DNA of 64,000 nt from an uncultured Pelagibacteraceae bacterium (GCA_902554325.1 CACDOH010000006.1:150-64149), one strand, 5' to 3'. Numbered from the stretch's first letter, positions 52,498-64,000 are shown. The notes: generated by a model from the letters alone, not told the origin. Program-made: numbers and translations.

Positions 52498-53875
52498 CTT
52501 GATTTTCTACATTAAGAGCCGCTTCTTTGATTGACTCAGTTAATGTTGGATGAGCATGGCACGTTCTGGCTATATCTTCAGCTGAGGCTCCGAATTCCAT
52601 AGCAACTGTAAGTTCACCTATCATATTACCCGCATCAGCACCAATTATATGAACACCCAATACCTCATCAGATTTATTGTCAGATAAAATTTTTACAAAT
52701 CCACCTGTATCGTTCATTACTTTTGCTTTTGCATTTGCAGTAAAGGGAAATTTACCGACTTTATAGGTAACGCCTTCAGCTTTTATTTCATCTTCTGTTT
52801 TACCCACTGAAGCAACTTCTGGCGCAGTATATATTACTGATGGAATTGCATTATAATTCACATGTCCTGCCTGCCCATCAATAATCTCCGCAACCGCTGT
52901 TCCTTCTTCTGATGCTTTATGAGCTAGCATTGGGCCTAATTTGCAATCACCAACTGCGTAAATATTATCAATCGAAGTTTTAAAATGATTATCAGTAATT
53001 ATAAAGCCTTTATCATCTAGTTTAACTCCCAGTTCTTCAAGATTTAATCCAAAGGTATAGGGTCTTCTGCCTGTGGAAATTAGAACCTTATCACAGTCTA
53101 TATTCATAGTTTGCCCCTTGTTTTCCACTGAGACAGATAACGAGTCACCTTCTTTATTTACTGATCTTAATGCTGTAGAAAGTTTAAAGTCAAAACCCTG
53201 TTTAATGAGTATCTTCTGAAAACTGCTTGATACTTCAGTATCCATTCCTGGAAGGATTCTATCTGCATATTCAATTACTGTTACTTTAGAACCAAGTCGT
53301 GACCAAACTGATCCCATTTCTAGGCCGATATAGCCTGCGCCAATGACAACTAAGTGATTAGGAACTTTTTCCAGACTTAATGCTCCGGTAGATGATAAAA
53401 TATCTTTTTCATCGATCACTACTCCATTAGGACTAGATACCTCAGATCCGGTTGCAATAATTATTTTTGCAGATTTTATTATCTCTGATTTTTCACCTGA
53501 TAAAATTTCTATTTCATTAATATTCTTCAGTTTTGCAAATCCAGACTTACGATTGATTTTGTTTTTTTTAAACAAGAATTCAACTCCTTTAGTTAGCGAC
53601 TCAACACTTTCTGATTTTTTTTCCATTATTTTACTCAGGTCAAAGGAAACATTATCAAAATTGATTCCTAACTTTTTTAGATCCGATGCCTGATCATATA
53701 AATGTGAGGAGTGAAGAAGAGATTTCGATGGAATACAGCCAATATTAAGACATGTTCCACCTAGAGTCTGACCTTTTTCAATACAGCAAACATTGTAACC
53801 TAACTGTGCAGCTCTAATTGCACAAACGTATCCTGCAGGTCCGCTACCTATAACCGTAATATCAAATTCTTCCAT
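52484..53875 (-). CDS. lpdA: Dihydrolipoyl dehydrogenase (E3)
   Basis: 463 aa. Contains GSGPAGY, redox-active GGTCLNIGCIPSK, GAGYIGLE and C-terminal HAHPT..E. Confidence 0.97.
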   Translation of the reverse strand: MEEFDITVIGSGPAGYVCAIRAAQLGYNVCCIEKGQTLGGTCLNIGCIPSKSLLHSSHLYDQASDLKKLGINFDNVSFDLSKIMEKKSESVESLTKGVEFLFKKNKINRKSGFAKLKNINEIEILSGEKSEIIKSAKIIIATGSEVSSPNGVVIDEKDILSSTGALSLEKVPNHLVVIGAGYIGLEMGSVWSRLGSKVTVIEYADRILPGMDTEVSSSFQKILIKQGFDFKLSTALRSVNKEGDSLSVSVENKGQTMNIDCDKVLISTGRRPYTFGLNLEELGVKLDDKGFIITDNHFKTSIDNIYAVGDCKLGPMLAHKASEEGTAVAEIIDGQAGHVNYNAIPSVIYTAPEVASVGKTEDEIKAEGVTYKVGKFPFTANAKAKVMNDTGGFVKILSDNKSDEVLGVHIIGADAGNMIGELTVAMEFGASAEDIARTCHAHPTLTESIKEAALNVENQAIHI

Positions 53876-53876
53876 T

Positions 53877-55133
53877 CTATACCCCTAGTAATATTCGATT
53901 CGGATCTTCTAAACTTTCTTTGACCCTTACCAAAAAAGTAACTGCACCTTTACCGTCCACAATACGATGATCGTAAGACAACGCAAGGTACATCATTGGC
54001 CTTATCACGATGTCACCATTTACGGCAACTGGTCTTTCCTCAATCTTGTGCATGCCAAGTATCCCTGATTGAGGAGGGTTTAAAATAGGGGTAGACATAA
54101 GAGATCCATAAACGCCACCATTCGAAACTGTAAATGTACCTCCTTGCATGTCGTCGATACTTAATTTACCAGTTCGAGCTTTTTGTCCTAAATTAAAAAT
54201 CTCTTGCTCTATTTCTACAATTGATTTTTGATCAGCATCTCTGATAACGGGCACAACCAATCCTTGATCAGTTCCTACTGCAACACCAATATTGTAAAAA
54301 TTTTTATAAATAACATCATTATTTTCAACTTCTGCATTAACCTCAGGAATATCTTTGAGAGCTGTGATACAAGCTTTTACGAAGAAAGACATAAATCCTA
54401 ATTTTATTCCGTATTTTGACTCAAAAGCATCTTTATGCTCATTACGAGTTCTAATCAATTCACCCATATCAACTTCATTAAATGTTGTGAGCATAGCTGC
54501 ATTATTTTGTGCATCTTTGAGTCGTTTAGCTATAGTTTGTCTTAGTCGAGACATTGGAACTCTCTCTTCTTTACTGTCATGATCCTTACTTATTGGCGGC
54601 TTCGTTGAAAGTTCTTGAACATTGTTATTTGAAGCTAAAATATCACCCTTTGTAATTCTTCCATCTGAACGAGCAGTAGCTACTTGAGAAATATCAATAT
54701 TTTTTTCTGCTGCAATTTTTCTTACTGCGGGTGATAGTTTTGAGACTTTACTCTCAAGAATTTGTTTTGGAGTATTGTCCAATGGTACACTTAGTTCTTG
54801 TAGAACTGGCTTTTCCATCGCTGGCTCTTCTTTAGACTTTTCTTCTTTAGTGGTAACTATTTTCTCTGAATTTTTAGGAGCTTTTTTTACATCTGCAGTA
54901 TCATTAATAACTCCCAGTAATGCGCCTACCTCGACCGTTGATCCTTCAGGCGATGAAATTTTTTCGATCAATCCTGATGTAGGGGAAGGAACTTCAAGAG
55001 TCACTTTATCGGTTTCTAACTCAAGCAGTGGTTCATCTAGCGTAACGCTGTCTCCCTCATTTTTATACCACTTAGCAACAGTTGCTTCTACAACACTCTC
55101 ACCAAGAGATGGTACTTTAATATCTACGGACAT
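53877..55133 (-). CDS. sucB: 2-oxoglutarate dehydrogenase E2, dihydrolipoyllysine succinyltransferase
   Basis: 418 aa. Lipoyl domain (LETDKV), E3-binding domain (SPAVRK), catalytic domain (SYDHR..DG). Confidence 0.97.
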   Translation of the reverse strand: MSVDIKVPSLGESVVEATVAKWYKNEGDSVTLDEPLLELETDKVTLEVPSPTSGLIEKISSPEGSTVEVGALLGVINDTADVKKAPKNSEKIVTTKEEKSKEEPAMEKPVLQELSVPLDNTPKQILESKVSKLSPAVRKIAAEKNIDISQVATARSDGRITKGDILASNNNVQELSTKPPISKDHDSKEERVPMSRLRQTIAKRLKDAQNNAAMLTTFNEVDMGELIRTRNEHKDAFESKYGIKLGFMSFFVKACITALKDIPEVNAEVENNDVIYKNFYNIGVAVGTDQGLVVPVIRDADQKSIVEIEQEIFNLGQKARTGKLSIDDMQGGTFTVSNGGVYGSLMSTPILNPPQSGILGMHKIEERPVAVNGDIVIRPMMYLALSYDHRIVDGKGAVTFLVRVKESLEDPNRILLGV

Positions 55134-55159
55134 ACTAATTATTTAACACTTTAACAATA

Positions 55160-58117
55160 TTATTCAATTGGCAGTTTGAACTTTACGAGAGATACCCCGT
55201 CTTTATTATCTTTTATTTCACTTCTTTCCGACTCCGTAGCAAGTCTTAGAATATTTAATTGGTTTTCAGCGTGTCGGTTAGCTATCCCTGTTGCTGGAGA
55301 TGCAGATGCTTTCCTTCCAATAAATAAGAGTTCTTCATATTTACCAGTTATTGACTGATTAACTGACTCTACTCTATGCTTTACAAAACGAAATGCCCCC
55401 ATATTTGACGGCTCTTCTTGAACCCAGTAGATTTCAGCTTGAGGGTACTCTAACAATTCTTCTTTTAAAGCTTCATAAGGGAACGGATACAATTGATCAA
55501 ACCTTAAAATCTGAATATTTTCTTGTTTACGCTTCTCAATATAATCATCTAACTCAAAATAAATTTTTCCTGAGCAAAGAAGTAGTCTATTAATTTTAGA
55601 TTTTTCAATTTTAGATAGTTCTTTTCTTAAAATACGGTGAAAAGTTGAACCATTTGTAAACTCGGCAATATCAGAGACATTCTTTTTATGTCTAAGAGTT
55701 GATTTAGGAGTCATTATCACAAGCGGCTTACGAAAATCTCTTAGCAATTGTCTTCTAAGAACATGAAAGTAATTTGCGGGTGAAGTACAGTTAACTACTT
55801 GAATATTATCTTCAGCACAGAGTTGTAAGAATCTCTCTAGTCTTCCACTTGTATGTTCAGGACCTTGACCTTCATGTCCATGTGGCAGCAAGAGTGTTAG
55901 TCCTGACATTCTTAACCACTTCCTTTCACCCGTTGTAATGAACTGATCAATTATAGTTTGTGCATTATTTGCAAAATCACCAAATTGCCCCTCCCACAAA
56001 ACTAGGGTTCGAGGATCTACTTGAGAATAACCATATTCAAATCCAAGGACTCCATACTCAGACAAAAAGCTATCGATGATTTCAAAGAAGCCCTGTTCAT
56101 TTCTAAAATGCCTCAGAGGCACAAACCTATCTTCGTTAACTTGATCATATAGCACAGAGTGTCTTTGACTAAAAGTTCCTCTACCAGAGTCTTGTCCTGA
56201 TAGCCTTACGCCATATCCTTCAGCCAATAGTGATGCAAACGCGAGAGACTCGGCGGTCGACCAATCCACTCCTTTTCCCTCATTGATACTGTTTAGGCGA
56301 TCGTCATAAATTTTTTTGATTCTTTTATGAGGACTAAAATCTTTGGGTATTTGATGAATTTCTTTTCCAATTTTTTTAAATTCATCTTCGGTTATAGAAG
56401 TTTGTCCCCGTCTAGCATCTATAGATGCAACATTTATTCCTTTCCATGAACCCTCAAGCCAGTCGGCTTTATTAGGTTTATAAGATTTTGCAGATGCTAG
56501 CTCTTCATTTAACTTTTCATTATATGATGAAATTTCATTATCAATATCATCCAAAGTTAATACACCTTCATCAATTAATCTTTGCTGATATATATTTAGA
56601 GTTGTCGCATGCTCCTTAATTTTTTGATACATTAATGGTTGCGTAAATTCTGGTAAATCCATTTCATTATGGCCGGCTCTACGATAGCAAAACATATCTA
56701 CAACGACATCAGTCTTAAATTTATTTCTGAATTCAACAGCAAGCCTACAAACATGAACTACAGACTCAACATCATCTCCGTTAACGTGAAATATAGGTGC
56801 CTGAATAATCTTAGCAATTTCAGTACAATAAGGAGCCGATCGTCCATAATGAGGCACAGTTGTAAAACCTATTTGATTATTGATTACAAAATGAATTGTT
56901 CCCCCAGTTCGAAAACCTCTTAATTGTGACATCGCAAATGTTTCAGCAACTACTCCTTGACCTGCCATGGCTGCATCGCCATGAATGAGCAGACCCATGA
57001 CTTTGTCATTGGTTTTGTCTTTAAGTAAAGTTTGCTCTGCTCTTACCTTGCCCATAACAACGGGGTCAACTGCCTCAAGATGGGATGGATTTGGAGTTAA
57101 AGAAAGGTGAATCTTTTTATCTTCAAATTCTCTATCACTAGAAATACCTAAATGATATTTAACATCACCTGATCCAAGTATTTCATTTGGATCTTCACCA
57201 CCTCCTTCAAACTTTGCCATTATAGACCTCAGAGGAACCTCCATGACTGATGACAATAATGTCAACCTTCCTCTGTGAGCTGTACCAATGTAAATATCTT
57301 CAATTCCAGATAGACAACTTTGTTTGATTATTTGCTCTATACCTGGAATAGTTGCCTCACTTCCAACTAATCCAAAACGTTTTGTGCCAATAAATTTTTT
57401 ATCTAAAAACTTCTCAAACATCTCCGCTTCTAACAAGCGTTTGAAAATTGCTTTTTTTCCATTTGTAGTAAATTGAGTTTTATTTCTAACTTCTTCTATT
57501 CTTTCTTGAACCCATTGTTTTTGATCTGCGTCCTGAATATGAACAAATTCTACACCTATAGAACCACAGTATGTCTCTTTTAAAATATTAATAATTTCAT
57601 TTAGTGTTGTGAAATTAAGTCCAAGGCTTCCATCAATAAATATTTCTTTACTGAGGTCTTTCTCTTCAAAACCATAATTTCTGTAATCTAATTCAGGATA
57701 ATTTTTTATCTCTTTTAAATTTAATGGATCAAGTTGAGATGCTAAATGGCCATTAACCCTAAAAGCTCGAATTAGTCTTATTGCTCTAATTGAGTCATAT
57801 ATTTGTTCTTTTAATTTGTCTGAAGAAATACCTGTGCTGATATTTTCATTAATTTTGTAAGACTTTTTTTCCCAAGAACTATTAATATTAATTGCTAAGT
57901 CTTCTTCAGTTACAAAATCGTTATTTGCCCAACTAGCTCTTAAAATATTTTGTTTATTTAAATTTTTTGATAATCCTGAAAAAAAAATTTTCCAATCTTC
58001 TGGTATTTGATTTGGATCAGTTTGATACTTTTCATACATTTGCTCAATATAAGTGGCATTAGAACCATGCAAGAAAGAGGTTTTGTCAAAAATATCATTT
58101 GTTGAGGTTTTGGCCAT
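55160..58117 (-). CDS. sucA: 2-oxoglutarate dehydrogenase E1 component
   Basis: 985 aa. N-terminus FL.G.NA.YIE.MY and ThDP-binding regions (HGDAA.AGQGVV, GQD..RGTFS.RH). Confidence 0.97.
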   Translation of the reverse strand: MAKTSTNDIFDKTSFLHGSNATYIEQMYEKYQTDPNQIPEDWKIFFSGLSKNLNKQNILRASWANNDFVTEEDLAININSSWEKKSYKINENISTGISSDKLKEQIYDSIRAIRLIRAFRVNGHLASQLDPLNLKEIKNYPELDYRNYGFEEKDLSKEIFIDGSLGLNFTTLNEIINILKETYCGSIGVEFVHIQDADQKQWVQERIEEVRNKTQFTTNGKKAIFKRLLEAEMFEKFLDKKFIGTKRFGLVGSEATIPGIEQIIKQSCLSGIEDIYIGTAHRGRLTLLSSVMEVPLRSIMAKFEGGGEDPNEILGSGDVKYHLGISSDREFEDKKIHLSLTPNPSHLEAVDPVVMGKVRAEQTLLKDKTNDKVMGLLIHGDAAMAGQGVVAETFAMSQLRGFRTGGTIHFVINNQIGFTTVPHYGRSAPYCTEIAKIIQAPIFHVNGDDVESVVHVCRLAVEFRNKFKTDVVVDMFCYRRAGHNEMDLPEFTQPLMYQKIKEHATTLNIYQQRLIDEGVLTLDDIDNEISSYNEKLNEELASAKSYKPNKADWLEGSWKGINVASIDARRGQTSITEDEFKKIGKEIHQIPKDFSPHKRIKKIYDDRLNSINEGKGVDWSTAESLAFASLLAEGYGVRLSGQDSGRGTFSQRHSVLYDQVNEDRFVPLRHFRNEQGFFEIIDSFLSEYGVLGFEYGYSQVDPRTLVLWEGQFGDFANNAQTIIDQFITTGERKWLRMSGLTLLLPHGHEGQGPEHTSGRLERFLQLCAEDNIQVVNCTSPANYFHVLRRQLLRDFRKPLVIMTPKSTLRHKKNVSDIAEFTNGSTFHRILRKELSKIEKSKINRLLLCSGKIYFELDDYIEKRKQENIQILRFDQLYPFPYEALKEELLEYPQAEIYWVQEEPSNMGAFRFVKHRVESVNQSITGKYEELLFIGRKASASPATGIANRHAENQLNILRLATESERSEIKDNKDGVSLVKFKLPIE

Positions 58118-58131
58118 TCAGTAAAATTACT

Positions 58132-59013
58132 TTAGATTTGATTCTTCAATACCTCAAGTAAAGTCGACCCTAATGCTGCTGGAGAATTTGAAATTTTGAT
58201 GCCAGCTTCTTTCATTGCTTCAATTTTATCCTCTGCTCCGCCTTTTCCGCCAGAAACAATTGCACCAGCATGTCCCATTCTTCTGCCTGGTGGAGCTGAG
58301 GTCCCAGCAATAAAGCCCACCGTAGGTTTTTTTGTATTTTGTTTCTTTAAAAATTCTGCAGCTTCCTCCTCTGCAGATCCTCCAATTTCTCCAATCATAA
58401 TTATCGACTCAGTTTCTGGATCAGCAAGGAACAAATCTAAACAATCAATGAAATTAGTTCCATTTATTGGATCTCCTCCTATGCCAATACATGTAGATTG
58501 ACCCAAGCCTGCTACTGTTGTTTGATATACTGCCTCATAAGTAAGAGTTCCTGATCGTGAAACAATACCTACATTACCTTTTTTATGAATATGAGCTGGC
58601 ATGATGCCTATTTTGCACTCGTCGGGCGTAATTATCCCTGGACAGTTAGGACCAATTAACCTTGAAGATGAAGAACTTAATCTATCTTTAACTTTCATCA
58701 TATCCATCACAGGAATACCTTCTGTAATGCAAACAATTAATTCAATCTCACTGTCAATCGCTTCAATGATCGCGTTTGCTGCGTAGGGTGGTGGAACATA
58801 AATAACTGTGGCATTAGCATTAGTTTTTTCTTTCGCTTCTTTTACTGTATTGAAAACTGGAAGTTCAAGATGCATTGATCCACCTTTTTTAGGCGTAACA
58901 CCTCCAACCATGTTTGTCCCATATTTGATAGCCTGCTCAGAATGAAAAGTTCCCTGTGCTCCAGTAAACCCCTGGCAAATAACTCTTGTATCTTTGTTGA
59001 CGATAACAGACAT
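58132..59013 (-). CDS. sucD: Succinyl-CoA synthetase alpha subunit
   Basis: 293 aa. Contains [22 protein letters not shown] and phospho-His MGHAGAI. Confidence 0.97.
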   Translation of the reverse strand: MSVIVNKDTRVICQGFTGAQGTFHSEQAIKYGTNMVGGVTPKKGGSMHLELPVFNTVKEAKEKTNANATVIYVPPPYAANAIIEAIDSEIELIVCITEGIPVMDMMKVKDRLSSSSSRLIGPNCPGIITPDECKIGIMPAHIHKKGNVGIVSRSGTLTYEAVYQTTVAGLGQSTCIGIGGDPINGTNFIDCLDLFLADPETESIIMIGEIGGSAEEEAAEFLKKQNTKKPTVGFIAGTSAPPGRRMGHAGAIVSGGKGGAEDKIEAMKEAGIKISNSPAALGSTLLEVLKNQI

Positions 59014-60170
59014 TAAACAAGCTTAACTATTTTTTTTGCAGCATCATCAAGGTCATTTGCCGAAATGATTTCTATCCCTGAATTTTCAAGGATCTGCTTT
59101 CCTTGGTCCACATTAGTGCCCTCTAATCTAACAACAAGGGGAACAGAAATTTTTAATTCCTTTGCTGCAGAAACAATTCCCTCGGCAATAACATCACATC
59201 TCATAATGCCACCAAATATATTCACGAGTATCCCTTTAACACCCTGGTCTGAAAGGATGATTTTAAAAGCACTCGAGACTTTTTCTTTTGACGCGCCCCC
59301 GCCAACATCTAAGAAATTTGCAGGTTCGCCGCCATACATTTTAATAATATCAAGACTAGCCATCGCAAGTCCTGCTCCATTTACCATACATCCTATATTT
59401 CCATCCAATTTAATATAGGCAAGGTCATATTTTGCTGCTTCCCTCTCATATTCATCTTCTTCATTTTCATCTCTTAATTCTTCAATTTCAGGGTGACGAT
59501 AAATTGCATTATCATCAAAGTTTACTTTTGCGTCTAAACATAAAAGTTTATTTGTATTTGTAACTATTAGAGGATTAACTTCAACAAGACTTGCATCTTT
59601 TTCAATAAAAAATAAATACATATTTTTAATCAGATCCGACAATTGATTATTTAAATCATCATCTATTTCAAAAGCCTTTTGAATCATTTCAATATCATTC
59701 TTTGTAACACCTATTGATGGTTCAATTTGAACTGTAGTAATATTTTCAGGCGTATCAGCGGCAACTGCTTCTATATCCATGCCTCCCATTTTAGAAACTA
59801 TAAATGCAACTTTACTAGTTGATCGGTCTAGCAGACATGAGAGATATAATTCCTTTTCTATATCAGAACCATTTTCAATGTAAATGCGCTTAACCTCTTT
59901 ACCTGATGCTCCAGTTTGAGGAGTAACTAAATTCATGCCATACATTTTTTTCGCTTCGTTAAGGGCATCTTCTTTAGTAGAAACAACTTTGACACCTCCG
60001 CCTTTTCCTCTTCCGCCTGCATGTATTTGAGCCTTCACTACCCACACTGGACCTACAACTTCATTTACAGCTCTTTCTATCTCATCTGCGCTATAAGCTA
60101 CAGAGCCTGATGAAACAGGAATGTTATAACCTCTAAACAAATCCTTGGCTTGATGTTCGTGAATGTTCAT
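59013..60170 (-). CDS. sucC: Succinyl-CoA synthetase beta subunit
   Basis: 385 aa. Contains MNIHE.QAK, ATP-grasp, [14 protein letters not shown] and NIFGGI.RCD. TAATG overlap with sucD. Confidence 0.97.
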   Translation of the reverse strand: MNIHEHQAKDLFRGYNIPVSSGSVAYSADEIERAVNEVVGPVWVVKAQIHAGGRGKGGGVKVVSTKEDALNEAKKMYGMNLVTPQTGASGKEVKRIYIENGSDIEKELYLSCLLDRSTSKVAFIVSKMGGMDIEAVAADTPENITTVQIEPSIGVTKNDIEMIQKAFEIDDDLNNQLSDLIKNMYLFFIEKDASLVEVNPLIVTNTNKLLCLDAKVNFDDNAIYRHPEIEELRDENEEDEYEREAAKYDLAYIKLDGNIGCMVNGAGLAMASLDIIKMYGGEPANFLDVGGGASKEKVSSAFKIILSDQGVKGILVNIFGGIMRCDVIAEGIVSAAKELKISVPLVVRLEGTNVDQGKQILENSGIEIISANDLDDAAKKIVKLV

Positions 60171-60172
60171 AT

Positions 60173-61135
60173 TTACTTTAATGAGGGATCTATGTTTTTA
60201 GCTGCATCAAATAATTCATTTACAGCTTCTATTGAAGTATCAAAATGTTTTTTTTCTTCAGCATCTAAGTCTAATTCAACAACTTGTTCAATTCCTCCTG
60301 ATCCGATAATAACAGGAACACCAACATAAAGATCTGAAACACCGTATTCCCCATTTAAATGCGCAGCACAAGGTAAAGTTTTCTTTTTATTATTTAGATA
60401 AGAGTCAGCCATTTCAATTCCAGACGCTGCCGGACCATAAAATGCGGACCCAACTTCTAACAATTTTACTACTTCAGCTCCTCCCTTCCGGGTTCTGTCA
60501 ATTATTTCATCAAGTTTTGATTGTGATATTTGACCTTGGTTTACTAGATCCATCAGGGGCTTTCCACTCACCGTTGTTCTATTAGGAACTGGAACCATAG
60601 TATCTCCATGTCCACCCAAAACAAACGAGTCTACCTCACTTATGTGTACATTGAGTTCTTGTGATAAGAAATATTTAAATCTTGAAGTATCCAGCACGCC
60701 TGCCATACCAATCACTTTATTTTTTGGTAAGCCAGAATATTTTTGTAGCGCCATTACAATTACATCTAGTGGATTTGTGATACAAATCACAAAAGCATTA
60801 GGTGATGTAGATTTGATACCTTCAGCAACTTGTTTAATGATTTTCAAGTTGGTGCCTAAGAGATCGTCTCTTGTCATGCCTGGTTTTCTTGGCACACCAG
60901 CAGTAATTATGATAACATCAGAGTCTCGAGTATCTTCGTAATTATCTGTTCCCGATAAGGAAACATTAAAGCCATCAATTGCCGATGACTGTGAAATATC
61001 TAATGCTTTTCCTTTCGCTAAACCAGCCATTAAGTCAAAAAGAACAACATCACCTAATTCTTTCATTGCTGCGAGATGGGCTAACGTACCTCCGATTTGA
61101 CCAGCTCCAATAAGTGATATTTTTTTATTTTTCAT
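60173..61135 (-). CDS. mdh: Malate dehydrogenase (LDH-like type)
   Basis: 320 aa. Contains [26 protein letters not shown] and GGHGD.MVP. Confidence 0.97.
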   Translation of the reverse strand: MKNKKISLIGAGQIGGTLAHLAAMKELGDVVLFDLMAGLAKGKALDISQSSAIDGFNVSLSGTDNYEDTRDSDVIIITAGVPRKPGMTRDDLLGTNLKIIKQVAEGIKSTSPNAFVICITNPLDVIVMALQKYSGLPKNKVIGMAGVLDTSRFKYFLSQELNVHISEVDSFVLGGHGDTMVPVPNRTTVSGKPLMDLVNQGQISQSKLDEIIDRTRKGGAEVVKLLEVGSAFYGPAASGIEMADSYLNNKKKTLPCAAHLNGEYGVSDLYVGVPVIIGSGGIEQVVELDLDAEEKKHFDTSIEAVNELFDAAKNIDPSLK

Positions 61136-61198
61136 CTGAGAATATTTACAATCCGTAAACTAACTAGATAGAGATTAAAATCAAGCTAAGAATCTAAA

Positions 61199-62692
61199 TT
61201 ATTTCATTGTTGGAATTGTAAATTCTGTACCTTCTCTAATTCCAGTTGGCCACCTTGAAGTAACTGTTTTCAGTCGAGTAAAAAATCTTACTCCATCCAT
61301 GCCATGCATTGCGTGATCACCAAATAAAGACCTCTTCCATCCTCCGAAACTATGAAAAGCCATTGGAACTGGTATGGGCACATTAACTCCCACCATGCCA
61401 ATTTTACATTGATTAGAAAAAGCACGGGCAGTATCTCCATCTCGAGTATAAATAGTAGTGCCATTTCCGAATTCGTGATCGTTAATCATTTTTAAAGCAT
61501 CATTAAAAGTTGGTTGACGCACAACTGAGAGTACAGGACCAAATATTTCCTCTCTATATATCTTCATGTCCTCTTTAACATGATCAAATAAACATCCACC
61601 TATAAAATATCCGTTTTCATACCCTTGAAGTGAAATTGATCTTCCATCAACAATTAGTTCAGCTCCTTCAGATACCCCTGCGTCAACGTAGCTTTTAACT
61701 TTTGCGAGATGAACGTCACTGATCAATGGGCCCATTTCAACTTCTGGATCTGTTCCAGGACCTACCTTCAAGTTCTGAACGCGAGGTGTTAATTTTTCAA
61801 TTAGCTTATCTCCTACGTCACCAACAGCAACGGCGACCGATAGAGCCATGCATCTCTCGCCAGCAGAACCGTATCCTGCACCAATCAAACCATCAACGAC
61901 TTGATCAAGATCAGCGTCAGGCATAACAATCATATGATTCTTAGCGCCTCCCAGGGATTGAACTCTTTTATTGTGCTTTGAAGATGTATGATAAATGTAT
62001 TCAGCAACCGGAGTTGATCCAACAAAGCTCACAGAGTCTACTGCTGGATCAGTTATTAATAAATCAACTGCTCCTTTATCTCCATTAATTACATTAAATA
62101 CTCCATCTGGCAGTCCAGCTTCTTTTAACAATTCAGCCAACATATAGGGAACTGTTGGATCTTTTTCACTTGGCTTAAGAATAAATGAATTTCCACATGC
62201 TATCGAAATGACAAACATCCACATTGGAACCATGGCTGGAAAATTAAATGGAGAAATACCAACACTTACACCCAACGGCTGTCTCATGCTCCAACTATCA
62301 ATATCAGATCCTACGTTTTCAGAGTATTCACCCTTAAGAAGATGAGGAATACCACAGGCGAATTCTACAACTTCCATGCCCCTAGTAATTGAACCTGCTG
62401 AGTCTGATAAAATTTTACCATGCTCAGAAGTCAGCTCTAGCGCAAGCTGATCTATATCTCGCATAATTAAATCTTTAAACCTAAAAAAAACCCTTGATCT
62501 TGTTAAGGGTGGAGTTGCAGCCCATTTTTTTCCTGCTTCAACTGCACATTCTATTGCAACTTTCACGTCCTCGGAGTTAGCAAATGAGACTTTTTTTGTT
62601 TTTTCTCCATTCGCAGGATTAAATATATCACCAAACCGTTCAGATTTACTAATATACTCTTTGCCATTAATAAACTGATTAATTACTTTCAT
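61199..62692 (-). CDS. mmsA: Methylmalonate-semialdehyde dehydrogenase (CoA-acylating)
   Basis: 497 aa ALDH. FPAM.P.WM, catalytic GERCMA and C-terminal FGD....G..GV.F.T..K.VT.RW are typical of MmsA. Confidence 0.88.
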   Translation of the reverse strand: MKVINQFINGKEYISKSERFGDIFNPANGEKTKKVSFANSEDVKVAIECAVEAGKKWAATPPLTRSRVFFRFKDLIMRDIDQLALELTSEHGKILSDSAGSITRGMEVVEFACGIPHLLKGEYSENVGSDIDSWSMRQPLGVSVGISPFNFPAMVPMWMFVISIACGNSFILKPSEKDPTVPYMLAELLKEAGLPDGVFNVINGDKGAVDLLITDPAVDSVSFVGSTPVAEYIYHTSSKHNKRVQSLGGAKNHMIVMPDADLDQVVDGLIGAGYGSAGERCMALSVAVAVGDVGDKLIEKLTPRVQNLKVGPGTDPEVEMGPLISDVHLAKVKSYVDAGVSEGAELIVDGRSISLQGYENGYFIGGCLFDHVKEDMKIYREEIFGPVLSVVRQPTFNDALKMINDHEFGNGTTIYTRDGDTARAFSNQCKIGMVGVNVPIPVPMAFHSFGGWKRSLFGDHAMHGMDGVRFFTRLKTVTSRWPTGIREGTEFTIPTMK

Positions 62693-62701
62693 TAAAGATT
62701 C

Positions 62702-63709
62702 CTATATTTCGAAATTTTCACTAATAGCCTCGCAGCTTTTAGTCCATAATAGATTCTTAGTTTCATCATTGTCGTAAAAAGACTCAAGTGGAAATGACTT
62801 TGCTTTACCCTTAGCTCCTTTTAGACCAGGCCCAACAATTGATCCTGAATTAATTTTTGGATCAGCAATACACCTTAATAATCCTAAAGTTCCATCCTTT
62901 TCAGACTGACCAAACTTCATCATATATTTTGTAAAAAAACTACTTAAGCCACCGTCTTCAACAGTAGTAGATTGTAAATCACTTTCTGCGAGTCCAGGAT
63001 GTGCGACCATTGCTCTAATTTTTGAATTTTTATTCTTTAATTTCTCATGAAGACATGCAGTAAACGCAGCATTAGCAAGTTTTGTTTGAGCATAACGTTC
63101 CCAACGACCAGTACCAAATATCATACTGCCTTTGTCTCCGCCTAAGCTACCACCTTTCTTTTCAAAAAATTTTTCTTTTAATTTTTTGGCTTGAGTACGT
63201 GCAATACTTGAATGATTGACTATTCTTGCTTCATTTCTTAATTGTGAAGCTTTATCTAATAGTGGCATACATAACTTAGTAAGAAGAAAATGAGAAAGAT
63301 GATTTGTTTGCATCTGCACATCAAAACCGTCAATTGTAGCTTTATCTTTAAGTGCCATAACACCAGCATTATTACACAAGACATCAAGGCCATCTGTACA
63401 AATTTCACTTACTTTTATTGACGCTGATTTAACTGATTCAAAGCTTTGAAGGTCACAATCTACTTTATGAAGTTCCCCATTTGAGCAGTTATCATTTAAC
63501 AAAGCATAAGAAGTTTCAGCTCTGTCTGATGGACGATTAAGTAATAATACTCGTGCACCAAGCTTAGCAACTGACTCAGCCGCATAAAACCCTAATCCCG
63601 AAGTTGTGCCTGTAATGGCGACTGATTTATTCTCCATTGATGGAAGCGAATTGAATAAATCTTCAAAATACTTAGTTTTTAAGTTAGGTTTAGTGTAAGA
63701 ATTCTTCAT
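62702..63709 (-). CDS. Short-chain dehydrogenase/reductase (retinol-dehydrogenase/WWOX-like subgroup)
   Basis: 335 aa. Contains ITGTTSGLG, NNAG and Y..TK catalytic motifs. Substrate unknown. Confidence 0.7.
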   Translation of the reverse strand: MKNSYTKPNLKTKYFEDLFNSLPSMENKSVAITGTTSGLGFYAAESVAKLGARVLLLNRPSDRAETSYALLNDNCSNGELHKVDCDLQSFESVKSASIKVSEICTDGLDVLCNNAGVMALKDKATIDGFDVQMQTNHLSHFLLTKLCMPLLDKASQLRNEARIVNHSSIARTQAKKLKEKFFEKKGGSLGGDKGSMIFGTGRWERYAQTKLANAAFTACLHEKLKNKNSKIRAMVAHPGLAESDLQSTTVEDGGLSSFFTKYMMKFGQSEKDGTLGLLRCIADPKINSGSIVGPGLKGAKGKAKSFPLESFYDNDETKNLLWTKSCEAISENFEI

Positions 63710-63758
63710 AGGTAAATTATTGTAAATTAATTAAGGCTAATAGCAATGTTTGAAAATT

Positions 63759-63992
63759 ATGAGAAAACTTGATCTCCACGGATTTACATTAGAAGAGGCT
63801 TATCAGGATTTTACTGATTTTATTTACAGCGCGTATGAGGATAATATTTCTAAAGTTGAAATTATTACTGGTAATAGTGGTCAAATAAAAAAAGAATTCC
63901 CCCATTGGGCAGAGAATAATCATCAAATCAGATATATAGAAAACAGCTGGCATAAGGGAAGTTTCATAGTAAAAATTGAGAAGAAATATTGA
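63759..63992 (+). CDS. Stand-alone Smr-domain protein
   Basis: 77 aa from the ATG at 63759 (the track uses TTG at 63750). LDLHG.T..EA and ...IITG.SG are typical of the Smr (small MutS-related) domain. Confidence 0.65.
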   Translation: MRKLDLHGFTLEEAYQDFTDFIYSAYEDNISKVEIITGNSGQIKKEFPHWAENNHQIRYIENSWHKGSFIVKIEKKY

Positions 63993-64000
63993 ATATTGCA

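Noticed and set aside
54775-55146. 123-aa plus-strand ORF antisense to sucB. Similar cases are 58196-58501, 59065-59418, 60642-60941, 5849-6190, 6766-7131 and 18639-19063.
   Set aside because: All lie wholly inside well-supported conserved genes on the opposite strand. They have low-complexity Ser/Thr/Pro/Leu-rich translations and no independent signals.

Overview
This is a strongly AT-rich, very gene-dense chromosomal segment with almost no intergenic DNA. Many start and stop codons overlap (ATGA, TAATG). Gene order is typical of alphaproteobacteria: an F1 operon atpHAGDC, mdh-sucCDAB-lpdA, rplU-rpmA-obg-proB-proA-nadD-rsfS-rlmH-ctpA-rppH, plus rpoH, coq7 and a HIG1-like small protein. The composition suggests a streamlined marine lineage (SAR11/Pelagibacterales-like or a neighbouring clade), but that placement is inference only. 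I support about 70 CDS, 2 tRNAs (Arg-CCT, Leu-CAA), one SAM-II/SAM-V-type riboswitch candidate with its own promoter and an intrinsic terminator in the metXW leader, and one 40-aa lipoprotein ORF missing from the ORF track. I see no rRNA, CRISPR array, IS or transposon, prophage, integrase island or recognisable defence or toxin genes. The content is essentially core metabolism and translation, and I did not find a convincing undescribed multi-gene system. The best leads follow.
1. An ethylmalonyl-CoA pathway cluster: ecm divergent from ccr-mcd-HIG1-pduO-etfBA, with phaAB nearby. It implies adenosylcobalamin dependence.
2. A DUF1015-serC-serA-gpmA operon with no serB.
3. A tightly coupled triad of NTF2-like protein, fatty-acid-hydroxylase-family protein and 6-TM membrane protein, function unknown.
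4. An ATP synthase epsilon subunit reduced to its N-terminal domain.
5. The SAM riboswitch, which appears coupled to a terminator rather than to SD occlusion.
6. Several streamlining oddities: a tRNA-Leu 11 nt upstream of pabB, and convergent genes that overlap with no terminators.
All product calls come from reading the translated ORFs and recalling family motifs. No database search was run.
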